Assembly: GCA_964407715.1 (NCBI GenBank)
Contig: CAYOWP010000005.1
Span: 12,780 to 76,779 of the forward strand
Direction: 5' to 3'
From: an uncultured archaeon
Lineage (GTDB): Archaea > EX4484-52 > JAADEF01
Length of the DNA: 64,000 bases
A program made the translations under genes and the position numbers. Below the pieces are notes generated by a model. That model ran no database searches, had not been told where the DNA came from, and worked only from the letters and a program-made list of their open reading frames with translations. Of this stretch, positions 38,801-49,176 are shown piece after piece (position 1 is the stretch's first letter; the number at the start of each line of letters is the position of its first letter).

Positions 38801-39242
38801 GATATATCACCTCATTTATGTTTATTTTTTTTATTAAATCAGTTATCTCCCTACTTTTGTGCGTTAAACTAACATCTACAATGAATCTTCCATATAATGC
38901 ATCTCTCCCAATTATCATAGGCAATGTAAGATTTGATCTATCTGCTATTGTGATGGTATCTAATTCCATCTTTATACCTTTGATCTCAACTATAGCTTTT
39001 ACTGTTGGCCTTATTATTCTATCCGTAATTATAGTTTTTGATCTTATTATTCTTGATCCTGTTATCATAAGGTTCAGTTTTCCTGCAATTTTTAGATCCA
39101 AACTAGAGGATGTAGCTCCAGTGTCTATGAGAGCATAAAGAGAGGCTGATTTTTGATTTATGGGGTTGTAGATTTTCACCTTTTCTATTAATCCAAGGAT
39201 TTCCTTTTTATCCCTCACTATATACCACCCTACTAACACCAT
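38784..39242 (-). CDS. RimK-associated putative aspartic protease
   Basis: ALIDTGATSSSLD...DRS.LT.PMIIGRDAL..RFIVD. Confidence 0.85.
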   Translation of the reverse strand: MVLVGWYIVRDKKEILGLIEKVKIYNPINQKSASLYALIDTGATSSSLDLKIAGKLNLMITGSRIIRSKTIITDRIIRPTVKAIVEIKGIKMELDTITIADRSNLTLPMIIGRDALYGRFIVDVSLTHKSREITDLIKKININEVIYHEQQS

Positions 39243-41796
39243 TGACCTTTTCTATGAAAATTACGGTATCTACAAAATCTTTTATTATGTTCTCATGTGA
39301 TACAATAATTAATTGTTTTAACTTTAAGTAATTTAAAATGTTTCTTATACTTTCCATTTGCTCTAATGAGAAACCATCTGTGGGCTCATCAAGAATTAAG
39401 ATATCTTTTGTCATTATATTTCCTATTGTATCGTTTAATATTTTATTTAATGCTAATCTATATGCTAATGCAATGCTTTGCTTTTCTCCTCCAGAGAGAT
39501 GATCATATTGGAGTTCATATTGGTCTAAATATATCTTTGGATAAAAATTTTCATCAAGATATACTGAGAAGTCAGCATTTGGTAGTATAATGTTTACCCA
39601 CTCTCTGAAAACCTTCTCGAATTCAATCCGTATCTTTTGCATGATTGTCTGCTCTATTCTTATTACTCCAGGTATAAAGTACATATCAATAAACTCTATT
39701 AAATCCGAGATTTTCTTTATTTCCCTTTTTATTTTTTCTAACTCTTCCTTTTTGCTTTTTAAGGTATTCAATTGTTTGGTTAGCTCTTCAATTCTACCCC
39801 TTAATTCAGAGATTTGTCTTAAAACATTTCTATATTCTTCATGGTACTTTTCAGATTCCTCTATCTTTGTTTTATATCCTTTTATCTTCTCCTCTAACAC
39901 TTGTATTTTTTTCTTAACTTCTTCTTTTTTCTTAAAGTATATTTCGCTCTCCTCATCATATTTCTTTTTATATGACAAAAACTCATTGAAGCATTTAGCA
40001 AAATTTTCATATAATGCAAGTTCCTTCTCACTTTTGTCTTTGTTTATGAGAATCTCCTTTTCCTTTTCTAAGAGGTTTTCATAATCTTTCATTAAGGTTT
40101 CATACTTTTCTTCAATTTCTTTGTGTTTCTCAATATCCCTTTCAAGATCAAAAAGCATTTTTGTAATTTCTCCTAATTCCTTTTCTAATTGGCTTACTCT
40201 TTTTTCTTTTTCTTCTATCTCTTTTATATATATCTCATTTTTTTCTTTTATTTTTTCCTTTTCTCTTATCTCATCCAATATGGCATTCAATTTTGTAATT
40301 TCTTCTTCTAAGGCATTTTTTTCATCATTATATTTTTGTATTTTATCTTCCATATCTTTGATGGCACTGTTTATCTTTTGTTTTGAAATTTCAAATTCTT
40401 CTCTCATAACCTTTTTGTGTTCCTCTGTGATTTTCTGTTTGCAAAAAGGACAGTTATCATAGAGAGTTATTTTTTGAATTTCTTCTTCTTTCTTTTCTAA
40501 TATTCCCTTTAACTTGGATTGTTCTTTTAAAAGATGCTTTATACTTGTCTCTATATCCTTAATCTTCTCATTCTTCAATGTTATGCTTTCTGTGATTTCT
40601 TTCTTTGAATCAAGAATTGAAAAATCTTCACTAACCAATTTGGATTTTAATGCTCTAATAGATTCTTTTTCCTTATTTATCTGGATCTCAACAACCTTTC
40701 TTCTTTCTTTTAATCCCTCATATTTTTCTCTTTTGAGATGATACTCCCTTACCTTTTCTTTGATCTCATCAATGCTTTTCTTTAGTATGTTTTTTCTTTG
40801 ATTAAGATTTTCAAGCTCCTTTAATATCAACTCTCTATTTTTAGTAATTGCATTGTTTAGCATCTCAAGAGATTTGCATTCTAAAGTGTTTATTATTTTA
40901 TGATAATCCTCTTTATATTGGCTATTACTTGCTATTGATGATAATATCTCCAGTTTCTGATTTAGCACCTTTTCCAAGTTTTCATGTGCATTTTCTATTT
41001 CTTTCAATAGCAAATATTTCTCATTTAATTCATCTTTTGTTGTCTCATATTTTTTTTGTATTTCTTCAAATTCCTTAAGTTTTTCCTCTAACGAATATAA
41101 TTCCTTTTCTTTTTCTGATAACCTCTCATTTAACTCTCCCCTTTCTTTTGATATGTTTTCTTTTTCACTTAAATCTTTTTCTAAGATGTTGACTTTTCCT
41201 TCATTTTCTGATATCTTGTCCACTAATATTGATTTTAACTCCTTGATGTTTTCTAAGATTGTTTGATATTTCTCTATATTAAAGAAACCTCTCAATACCT
41301 TTAATCTTTCTTTTGGATCAATAGAAAGGATCTCTTTCATCCTTTCTTGAGGGACATATACAGTATATCTAAAGGGTATGATTTTTTTCAATGATTCGAA
41401 TGAAGACGGATAATTAAGCAATTTGAACACACGTGATTTTAATAGAGAAGGAGAAATCTTTTCTCTATAACCATTAATCGTTATATAGCACTCCTCATCC
41501 CTGATAGAACCTTTTTTTAGTTCGAGTATTCTCTCAATAATTACATTTTTATTGCCAACATCAAAATTTATTTTTATTTTCCCCCTGGATGTTCCCTTTC
41601 TTAAGATGGTATTTCCTTTTATCTCTGATGAGAAGCCAAAGAGAGCATAGTCTATGCTATATAGCAAAGTGGATTTTCCAGCACCTATATCTCCCCATAG
41701 CAATATGCTGCCTTCTGGAAATGTTATTTTTGTGTGCTTATGACTCCTTATATTCTCTAATTCAATATAGTTTATTTTCATGATCTCACATCTCAA
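39208..41796 (-). CDS. rad50: Rad50 ATPase
   Basis: GDIGAGKS, CPFC zinc hook, LSGGE, LILDEPT. Confidence 0.95.
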   Translation of the reverse strand: MRCEIMKINYIELENIRSHKHTKITFPEGSILLWGDIGAGKSTLLYSIDYALFGFSSEIKGNTILRKGTSRGKIKINFDVGNKNVIIERILELKKGSIRDEECYITINGYREKISPSLLKSRVFKLLNYPSSFESLKKIIPFRYTVYVPQERMKEILSIDPKERLKVLRGFFNIEKYQTILENIKELKSILVDKISENEGKVNILEKDLSEKENISKERGELNERLSEKEKELYSLEEKLKEFEEIQKKYETTKDELNEKYLLLKEIENAHENLEKVLNQKLEILSSIASNSQYKEDYHKIINTLECKSLEMLNNAITKNRELILKELENLNQRKNILKKSIDEIKEKVREYHLKREKYEGLKERRKVVEIQINKEKESIRALKSKLVSEDFSILDSKKEITESITLKNEKIKDIETSIKHLLKEQSKLKGILEKKEEEIQKITLYDNCPFCKQKITEEHKKVMREEFEISKQKINSAIKDMEDKIQKYNDEKNALEEEITKLNAILDEIREKEKIKEKNEIYIKEIEEKEKRVSQLEKELGEITKMLFDLERDIEKHKEIEEKYETLMKDYENLLEKEKEILINKDKSEKELALYENFAKCFNEFLSYKKKYDEESEIYFKKKEEVKKKIQVLEEKIKGYKTKIEESEKYHEEYRNVLRQISELRGRIEELTKQLNTLKSKKEELEKIKREIKKISDLIEFIDMYFIPGVIRIEQTIMQKIRIEFEKVFREWVNIILPNADFSVYLDENFYPKIYLDQYELQYDHLSGGEKQSIALAYRLALNKILNDTIGNIMTKDILILDEPTDGFSLEQMESIRNILNYLKLKQLIIVSHENIIKDFVDTVIFIEKVNGVSRVVYSEG

Positions 41797-43096
41797 AAAG
41801 TTTTTGATTTTTGAAGTTTTCTAATAGCATATCTGCACACTTTTTAATAACCCTTCTATAATAAGTATTTTTTGTTTCATCTTCGCCCTTTGATTCTCCA
41901 AGAATATCTATCAATATCTTTGATACAGCATGCGGATCAAACTCATATTTTTTTTCTATATTTTGGAAAATCTTTTTTATCAATTCTTTTTCTATTTCTG
42001 CAATGTTTTTTTCTGTTTCAAGTTTTATTTCAGGCTCATACATTTTGGATTGTAATTTAAATGTATTCCTCTTTACAATATATGGATTCTTTTCATTGTA
42101 GAGTTTTTCTATCTCTTTGAAATTTATATTTGAAATTAGACCTTCAACAACTCCATAGAACTTTAAAAGCACAATTTTATTTGTAATTTCCTTTTTACTT
42201 AGCAATTCTGCAGTTTTATTATACACTTGTTGAGGTGTTAGTCCATTACAATTTATATCTATTGATTCAACTTCATATAGCTTAAATGTTTCGTGATGAA
42301 CATGCGTTATCCATCCATTATTTGCTTTTTCAATTTCTACATATACAAAATAGGATGTTCCCTTTAAATCTTCAAGTTCTGAGAAATTTGTTGGATAAAC
42401 AGGACCGGGATACACAACATAACTTTTCTTTCCTAAGATATCGCTTATGTTTTTAATGATTGGCAAATGAATGTGCCCACCAGCATAGTAATCAAATCCC
42501 CTTGGGATATTGTCTATAGAGATATTATCAGAAAATTTTGAAGATGTTGGAAGGATCTCATTAATACCTATATGGAACTGAAAGATTTTATAATGCTCCC
42601 TATACTTTCCTATGTCCTTTAAATCTTTTATCTTTTTATAATATTCCTTTTCTAACCCTCTTTTTCTTCCTAACATGCCATATATTACCACCTTCTCATT
42701 ATACTCTGTTGGAAGAAGAGAGATTTTTCCATCCTGTATCTCTGCCTTTGATGTAACTGTGAGTAAATCAGCATCTTCCAATACATAAAGAAAAGAATTT
42801 TCATCAGAACTTAAATCATGAGATCCTGGTATTACAAATACTTTGATATTGCATGACTTAAGCTTTTGAAGCTGTTTTGTTAAAAATCTTATGGCATTAA
42901 GAGAGGGTATGCTTACATTAAATATATCGCCAGATATCAATAGAAAATTTATCTTTCTATCAATGCATTCATCAACTATTCTTTTGAATGCCAAGAAGTT
43001 TAATCTTTTAAGCTCTTTTTCTCTCCATACATCCAAATGTAAGTCAGCGATATGAATGAACCTAATTTTTTCATTTTGTGTTTGAGAATCCATCAT
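41786..43096 (-). CDS. mre11: Mre11 nuclease
   Basis: HIADLHLD, SGDIF, PGSHD, GGHIH. Confidence 0.95.
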   Translation of the reverse strand: MMDSQTQNEKIRFIHIADLHLDVWREKELKRLNFLAFKRIVDECIDRKINFLLISGDIFNVSIPSLNAIRFLTKQLQKLKSCNIKVFVIPGSHDLSSDENSFLYVLEDADLLTVTSKAEIQDGKISLLPTEYNEKVVIYGMLGRKRGLEKEYYKKIKDLKDIGKYREHYKIFQFHIGINEILPTSSKFSDNISIDNIPRGFDYYAGGHIHLPIIKNISDILGKKSYVVYPGPVYPTNFSELEDLKGTSYFVYVEIEKANNGWITHVHHETFKLYEVESIDINCNGLTPQQVYNKTAELLSKKEITNKIVLLKFYGVVEGLISNINFKEIEKLYNEKNPYIVKRNTFKLQSKMYEPEIKLETEKNIAEIEKELIKKIFQNIEKKYEFDPHAVSKILIDILGESKGEDETKNTYYRRVIKKCADMLLENFKNQKLFEM

Positions 43097-43150
43097 AATT
43101 ATTGAATATACTGCTATTTTTAAAGATTTAATTAAAATGCTAATTTGAAA

Positions 43151-43385
43151 GGCATTACTAAGTGCTTCTTTAAGAGGATACCTTTTAACGAGGAATTATA
43201 CCCAGTCAATGAGCAGCAGTAGAGCAGCTAACCTTTTGAAGAGGTTAGCATGCTACAAAACCTGTAGTAATAGCGATTTCTTCCAATTAACAAAATCATT
43301 TAAAATGGTTAACAGAAAACATAGCCCTATTCAAAGGGTTAACTTGCTCTCATGCGCTTCTTTAAGGGATTACCTTTCAGCTTAG
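43151..43385. mobile_element. Element 6: TIR-less or truncated copy of the element 2 type
   Basis: 43160-43370 is near-identical to about 10835-11045. Confidence 0.85.
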
Positions 43386-43427
43386 GAGAAATCTAACTAA
43401 AAATTATTAAAAATATCTCTTTCAGTT

Positions 43428-43868
43428 ATGAATATTATGAAACATACATTTATGGGATACTTAGATAAATTATATAACAAAAATAAACTGCTATACGAGA
43501 TCATAGGATACTTGTTTGGTGGAGGAACAGCTGCTTTTGCAGATTTTATTTCCCTATTTTTTCTTACCTCATATATAGGAATATGGTATTGGTACTCTGC
43601 TGCTATCTCCTTCATTATTGGAAGTATAATAAATTATTCTATAAACAAGAAATTAACATTTAAAAACAAATATAAAAAGATACATGTTCAGTACTTGCTT
43701 TTTGTTGTTATCGCATTTACAAGTTTAATATGGAACCAAATTATTATGTATGTTGGAGTAGAGTATGTGCATCTTCATTATCTTGTTGCTAAGATTATCT
43801 CCTTAGGTTTAGTTTTTATTTGGAGCTTTACAATGCATAAAAAAATTACATATGGTATATTGAGATGA
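43428..43868 (+). CDS. GtrA-family membrane protein
   Basis: YLFGGGTAAFAD, INYSINKKLTF, WSFTMHKKITY. Confidence 0.85.
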   Translation: MNIMKHTFMGYLDKLYNKNKLLYEIIGYLFGGGTAAFADFISLFFLTSYIGIWYWYSAAISFIIGSIINYSINKKLTFKNKYKKIHVQYLLFVVIAFTSLIWNQIIMYVGVEYVHLHYLVAKIISLGLVFIWSFTMHKKITYGILR

Positions 43869-43883
43869 AAGAGGTGGTAAAAG

Positions 43884-44294
43884 ATGAGAGTTATTTATTG
43901 GCATGTGAATTCTCTTAAGGTTGTTCACACACAGAAGGCATTAAAAAGTGCCGAAGATATCAATGAGAAAACCAAAAGATTTGAGAATGGAGTTGTATGT
44001 TTGATATCCTTAGAGGAGGGGGATCAAGATAAAGAAAATCTCTTTGAAATGTTTTATGAGGATCTCATGAAATATGCCAATCAAATTAATGTTAAAAAGT
44101 TCTTTTTGTATCCATATGCGCATCTAAGCAACAATCTTTTGAAGCCATCATTAAGTAAGGAATTATTTTATTCCTTAGTTAAATTCTTAAAAAATAAAGG
44201 ATTAGATGTTGATTATGGTGAGTTTGGATGGTATAAAGAATTTAAGGTTCATGTTAAGGGACATCCTTTAGCAGAGCTAAGCAGGTCGTTCTAA
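43884..44294 (+). CDS. Stand-alone archaeal threonyl-tRNA synthetase editing domain
   Basis: LYPYAHLS, FGWYKEF....KGHPLAELSRSF. Confidence 0.92.
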   Translation: MRVIYWHVNSLKVVHTQKALKSAEDINEKTKRFENGVVCLISLEEGDQDKENLFEMFYEDLMKYANQINVKKFFLYPYAHLSNNLLKPSLSKELFYSLVKFLKNKGLDVDYGEFGWYKEFKVHVKGHPLAELSRSF

Positions 44295-44295
44295 T

Positions 44296-46104
44296 ATGAA
44301 GGAATTGACATCTGTAGAGATAAAACATTGGATAGATGAAAACAGGGAAAATTTAGAAAATGCGAGATTTGATAAAGCATGGCAAATAGAGGATTTTGTC
44401 ATATTAAAATTATATGTAAAGGGACATGGGAGCAAAGAATTAGTTATAGGTCCAGGTTGCATATTCTTTACCTCTTATTCCATTGAAAAACCACCACATC
44501 CATCTAACTTTGCTATGTTGTTAAGAAAATATCTTAAGGGAAAATGGATAAGAAAAGCATATCAATATCACCTTGATAGAATTCTAGTTTTTGAATTTGA
44601 TGAGTTTGATTTAGTGCTTGAGATTATGAAACCAACAATAGTGGTTTTGATAGATAAGAGAAAGAAGATATTGGGCATTTCTAAAGTTATTAAAAGTAAA
44701 AGCAGGGGAGAATTGATGATGAATAGGGAATATTCCTTTCCGCCAACAAAGAGAGACATCTTAGAGGAGAGCAAAGAAGAATTTCTAAAAATAATAGAAA
44801 AAGAAGGGGTTGAAAATATTTCTAAGATATATGGTATAGCTCCTAAATATGTGGAATATGCGCTTCTTATATGCGGATGCGAGATTGATAAGATTTATGA
44901 TTTACTTAGGGAGATGTTTCTTGAGAAGAAGGTGTGTGTATGTGGTGATGAGATTTATGGATTTTGCTTGGAAAACAAGAAAGAATGTAAAAGATATAAT
45001 TCAATAAATGAGGCAATAGAAGAGGTGTTTATTAAAGAGTTGCAATCCATAGAGATAAAGGAAGAAAAAAGAGTTAAGAGAGACGAGAAAAAGATTGAGT
45101 ACATGAAATCAGGACTTGAGAGATTAATTAGAGAAAAGGAGGAGCTTGAGAAAAAAGCGGAGATTCTTTCTCTTAACTTTGATGTTTTGGAAGATATCTT
45201 AAATAAACTTGCAAAACATCAAACTCATGAGGCTGTGAAGAGAATCAATTATAAAGAAAAGAAGGCCGAGATTTCATTAGAGGGAAAAAGGATAGAGATA
45301 AGATATGATCTTAACGCATATCAAAATATTTCCGCGATATATAATAACATAAAAAAAATAAAAGAGAAGATAAAGAACCTTGAAAATAAGATAGCAGAGG
45401 AAACTGAGAAAATAAAAAATCTTGAGGGAGAAGAAATCACAACAAGAAAGATAAAAATAGAAAAAAAGAGAAAAAAGAAGTGGTATGAAAACTTTAAATG
45501 GTTCATTACATCACAAGGAAGAGTTTTTGTGTTGGGTAAAGATGCAACCTCTAATGAAATACTTATAAAGAAATATATGGATAAGGATGATATTGTTTTC
45601 CATACTTTTGTACCAGGTTCTGGGTTTGGATTGCTCAAAGGGGGAAGAGAAGATACTAATGAGGATGAACTCATAGAGTGCGCGCAATTCACTGCGTCTC
45701 ATTCATCTTTATGGAAGCAAATGGTTTATAGTGGCGAGGTATTCTGGGTGTATCCTGAGCAAGTAAGTAAAAAAGCACCTTCTGGGGAATATCTTACAAA
45801 AGGATCTTTTATGATATATGGAAAGAAGAACATCATTAAGGTGCCTTTAGAACTTGCGTTTGGATATGATGAAAAAAATAAGGAAATAATTTACGGGCCA
45901 TTAACAAAGGTCATTAAAATAACAAAACATTACGCTGTTGTTATTCCTGGTGACAAAAAAGCAAGTGAAATCATAAAGAAAATAAAGCTTAAGATAAGTA
46001 AAAATCTCAAGAAAGAGGATGCAGAAAAAGTGATGGGATATGAAGATGAGTTCTTTAGAGAAAGAATACCGTTTGGATTTGGAGATGTTAGAGGAAAAAT
46101 TTAA
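44296..46104 (+). CDS. NFACT/Rqc2 (FbpA/DUF814) ribosome quality-control protein
   Basis: DRIL.FEF, KWYENFKWF, GKDATSNE, APSGEYL.KGSFMIYGK. Confidence 0.92.
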   Translation: MKELTSVEIKHWIDENRENLENARFDKAWQIEDFVILKLYVKGHGSKELVIGPGCIFFTSYSIEKPPHPSNFAMLLRKYLKGKWIRKAYQYHLDRILVFEFDEFDLVLEIMKPTIVVLIDKRKKILGISKVIKSKSRGELMMNREYSFPPTKRDILEESKEEFLKIIEKEGVENISKIYGIAPKYVEYALLICGCEIDKIYDLLREMFLEKKVCVCGDEIYGFCLENKKECKRYNSINEAIEEVFIKELQSIEIKEEKRVKRDEKKIEYMKSGLERLIREKEELEKKAEILSLNFDVLEDILNKLAKHQTHEAVKRINYKEKKAEISLEGKRIEIRYDLNAYQNISAIYNNIKKIKEKIKNLENKIAEETEKIKNLEGEEITTRKIKIEKKRKKKWYENFKWFITSQGRVFVLGKDATSNEILIKKYMDKDDIVFHTFVPGSGFGLLKGGREDTNEDELIECAQFTASHSSLWKQMVYSGEVFWVYPEQVSKKAPSGEYLTKGSFMIYGKKNIIKVPLELAFGYDEKNKEIIYGPLTKVIKITKHYAVVIPGDKKASEIIKKIKLKISKNLKKEDAEKVMGYEDEFFRERIPFGFGDVRGKI

Positions 46105-47110
46105 ATCTCTTGGATTAAGAAAACTTTTACCAGTTGAATTCAAAGATGCAAAAGAGCCAGGAACTTATGCGCTTGTTTTTTATTTAGAAAGACCTATTAA
46201 GATAAGAAATTGGGTTTTTACCAAAGGAGTTTATGTATATGTAGGCAGTGCAAAAAAAGGGTTAAAAACACGACTAAGTAGATATTTATCCGTACCAGCC
46301 AAAAAATTTTGGCATATCGATTTTGTTCTACCTTATGCGAATATTCTTTTTGCATATGTTGGGAATAGCATCTCTGAAACTGAACTTGCTAAGATTTTAA
46401 GCAGATATTATCCATCCATTGAGAGATTCGGAAATTCAGATGATAAGCACAGCATATCACATCTATTTTTTGTTCCTCCTCTTCATTATATCATAAATTC
46501 TTTTTATGAAGAAGGTATTAAAAGAAAAGCACCTGTATATAATGCAATAACGCAAATAAAGGATCCTTTTGAGCGGTTCATCTTTGTGTTTTTATCCTCT
46601 CGTACAAAGGATGAGATAACTTTTCGAGTAACAAAAAACTTTGTTAGCAAATTTGATTCATGGGATAAGATAAAAAAAGCTACTGTTGAAGAGATAGAAT
46701 CTCTGATTTATGGGGTAGCATTCTATAGACAGAAAAGCAGGAATTTAAAGAAAATTTCTGAGATGCTTCATGGGAAGTATGTTCCAAGTTCATATGATGA
46801 GCTTATAAAATTGCCTGGTGTTGGAAGAAAGATTGCAAAGGTATTCCTTGCGGATGTGTTTAATAGTGATGTTATTGGTGTAGATGTCCATGTTCATAGG
46901 ATAAGCAATAGGTTGAGCATAATAAACACAAAAACAGAGCATGAAAGCGATATTGTTTTGAATCTCATGATTCCTTCATCTTTAAAACAAAAGTTCAATA
47001 TTTCCTTTGTGGGATATGGTCAAGTGGTTTGCCTACCAAAAAACCCACGATGCTCAGAATGCAAAATAAAAGAATACTGCAGAGCTTACGCGGTTTTAAT
47101 GCAAGAATAA
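46040..47110 (+). CDS. nth: DUF123/GIY-YIG-like domain fused to endonuclease III (start possibly 46085)
   Basis: GTY...GVYVYVGSA...WHIDF..FGNSDD; HhH LPGVGRK, VDVHVHR, CLPKNPRCSECKIKEYC. Confidence 0.88.
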   Translation: MKMSSLEKEYRLDLEMLEEKFKSLGLRKLLPVEFKDAKEPGTYALVFYLERPIKIRNWVFTKGVYVYVGSAKKGLKTRLSRYLSVPAKKFWHIDFVLPYANILFAYVGNSISETELAKILSRYYPSIERFGNSDDKHSISHLFFVPPLHYIINSFYEEGIKRKAPVYNAITQIKDPFERFIFVFLSSRTKDEITFRVTKNFVSKFDSWDKIKKATVEEIESLIYGVAFYRQKSRNLKKISEMLHGKYVPSSYDELIKLPGVGRKIAKVFLADVFNSDVIGVDVHVHRISNRLSIINTKTEHESDIVLNLMIPSSLKQKFNISFVGYGQVVCLPKNPRCSECKIKEYCRAYAVLMQE

Positions 47111-48294
47111 ACTGGAGTATATCTACAATCATGGCTACCATAACAAGTGGCTATCTTTTTTTTGGTGTATCCAGGTGGACATCCTGAAGATACATAATAT
47201 CCTTTACATGGGATATTTAATTTACTACACGAATCACATGCAGGTCTATAAATTCCACATAACATTCCTTTAGGCTCACTACCAACCTCACTCCACTTAC
47301 TTTTACATCCATCACTTAAGCATAAAGCTCCTCTCACCTTCACGTTTCCATTTACATCCAACTTTTGAGTAGGAGATGTAGTTCCAATACCTACATTACC
47401 GTTGGTATTAATAAATAACCCATACTTATTTCCTGCCATTAAGTGAATTGGTCCTGTTTTTATATAAAGAGGACTCCCATACCTCCAATGATCTGTTATA
47501 TACATTATATCATCATTGGAATTGCCCCATTCAATATAAAGATTTTTATCTGGCTTGTTTATTCCCCAAGTTCTTAACTCAGCAGCCGGTGCATATCCAG
47601 GATCTGACATGGAGTAGATAATGCTATCAGCTTTTATTTTTCCAGCAACATGAAGTTTTTCTCCAGGAGAAGTTGTACCAATTCCAACATTGCCATTATC
47701 TTTAATAACAAACATTCCCCATCGAGTAGTTCCGCTATCGGAAGTATAACCAATTTCAATTCTTTCTTGAGTACTTGGATTGTGAATATGCCAATATCCA
47801 GAACCAGCAGTTCTTTCTAATGTAATCCAATCTCCATGTCCTTGTTTGATTCCAAGGTTACCATGTGGAGATGTTGTTCCTATACCTACCTTACCTGTGC
47901 TAACATCCACAAATAACTTTCCAGAACCGATGTTCAAATTTCCTGATGCAATAATAGCGCCAGCAGAGTTTAATCCGCCTACATTGATTGTGTGTATGGT
48001 TGTGGCTCCATTGTTTGTTATGTCTTGTAATGTGTCTTCTATGATTCCAGCATCTATCCTTCCGTTATTATCTGAATCAATAGATGTCAAATCAAACTGG
48101 CTTTTTGCGATTTGCGAGAGACAATGCCATGGTCTTGTTACATCCACATCCACAGCTAAAGCTAATGAATATAAAAGCATAAGCGTTATCAAAACTTGAA
48201 TGGTTATCGATAGGAATTTTTTATAGTTTTCCATAAGATATCCTATATAAGCATAGGAATATATATATTTTTCTTTAAGTTTTATAAAGTTCAT
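47086..48294 (-). CDS. Secreted or anchored beta-strand protein with GNVGIGTTSP repeats and a Cys-rich C-terminus (adhesin/tail-fibre-like)
   Basis: Signal/TM segment; G(K/N)VGIGTTSP three times; C-terminal Cys cluster. Confidence 0.75.
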   Translation of the reverse strand: MNFIKLKEKYIYSYAYIGYLMENYKKFLSITIQVLITLMLLYSLALAVDVDVTRPWHCLSQIAKSQFDLTSIDSDNNGRIDAGIIEDTLQDITNNGATTIHTINVGGLNSAGAIIASGNLNIGSGKLFVDVSTGKVGIGTTSPHGNLGIKQGHGDWITLERTAGSGYWHIHNPSTQERIEIGYTSDSGTTRWGMFVIKDNGNVGIGTTSPGEKLHVAGKIKADSIIYSMSDPGYAPAAELRTWGINKPDKNLYIEWGNSNDDIMYITDHWRYGSPLYIKTGPIHLMAGNKYGLFINTNGNVGIGTTSPTQKLDVNGNVKVRGALCLSDGCKSKWSEVGSEPKGMLCGIYRPACDSCSKLNIPCKGYYVSSGCPPGYTKKKIATCYGSHDCRYTPVYSCIKTA

Positions 48295-48313
48295 AATTCC
48301 CTATGAATAAAGT

Positions 48314-49171
48314 ATGAAAAAACTTAAAGAGGAAATAAGAAGGAAATTAAATAAAGAAGTGAATTTAGGATTTGAGATTATTGGTGATATAGCAATAATA
48401 GAAGATATGAGCAACAATCTTACTAATGAGGATTTACAAAAAATCTCAGAAATAATTAGGAGTTATAATCCTAATGTTAATGTTGTTGCTCTAAAAATGG
48501 AGGATGTTGGAGGAATCTATAGAACTGCGAGACATAAAATTATCAAGGTGTGGAACAGAGAGGATTTTCTTAAGGAGCTACCTAAAACATACAGGGATCT
48601 CACAGAGAAAGAAACATTACATAAGGAACATGGAGTAAGAGTTCTTCTAAATATAGATACTGTTTATTTCTCATCAAAGCTAGGATATGAGAGAAAAAGA
48701 ATAGAGAAGATGGTTAGAGATGGAGAAAGAATTTTTTTGCCATTCGCTGGTGTTGGGATATATGCTCTTGTTATTGCCAAGAAAAAGCAAGTGGAGATAG
48801 ATGCAGTGGAGATTAACCCATATGCCTGCGAATACATGAGAAAAAATATAGAGATAAATAAAATAAGAGGTAAGATAAGCGTGTTTTGTATGGATGTAAA
48901 ATTATTTTTAGAAAACAAAGATATATTAAATTATGATAGAATAATCATGCCTGCACCAAAGGATGCTCCATCCTTTCTAGAGGAGATAGTTATCAAATCT
49001 AAAAAGGATACATGGATACATTATTACTTTTTTGCAGATAAAGAAGAAATCTCAAAGGAAAACATAGAAAGAAAATTTTCACATTTACCTATACGCATTC
49101 TTGGATTCAGAAAAGCTGGAAGCATAGGAACAAACAAATACAGAGTAGCTGTTGATGCTGTGAGAGTGTAA
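48314..49171 (+). CDS. trm5: Trm5/Tyw2-family tRNA methyltransferase
   Basis: IIGDIAI, E.LHKEHG...L..D.VYFS..L..ER, FAGVG, DRIIMP. Confidence 0.88.
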   Translation: MKKLKEEIRRKLNKEVNLGFEIIGDIAIIEDMSNNLTNEDLQKISEIIRSYNPNVNVVALKMEDVGGIYRTARHKIIKVWNREDFLKELPKTYRDLTEKETLHKEHGVRVLLNIDTVYFSSKLGYERKRIEKMVRDGERIFLPFAGVGIYALVIAKKKQVEIDAVEINPYACEYMRKNIEINKIRGKISVFCMDVKLFLENKDILNYDRIIMPAPKDAPSFLEEIVIKSKKDTWIHYYFFADKEEISKENIERKFSHLPIRILGFRKAGSIGTNKYRVAVDAVRV

Positions 49172-49176
49172 GTTTC

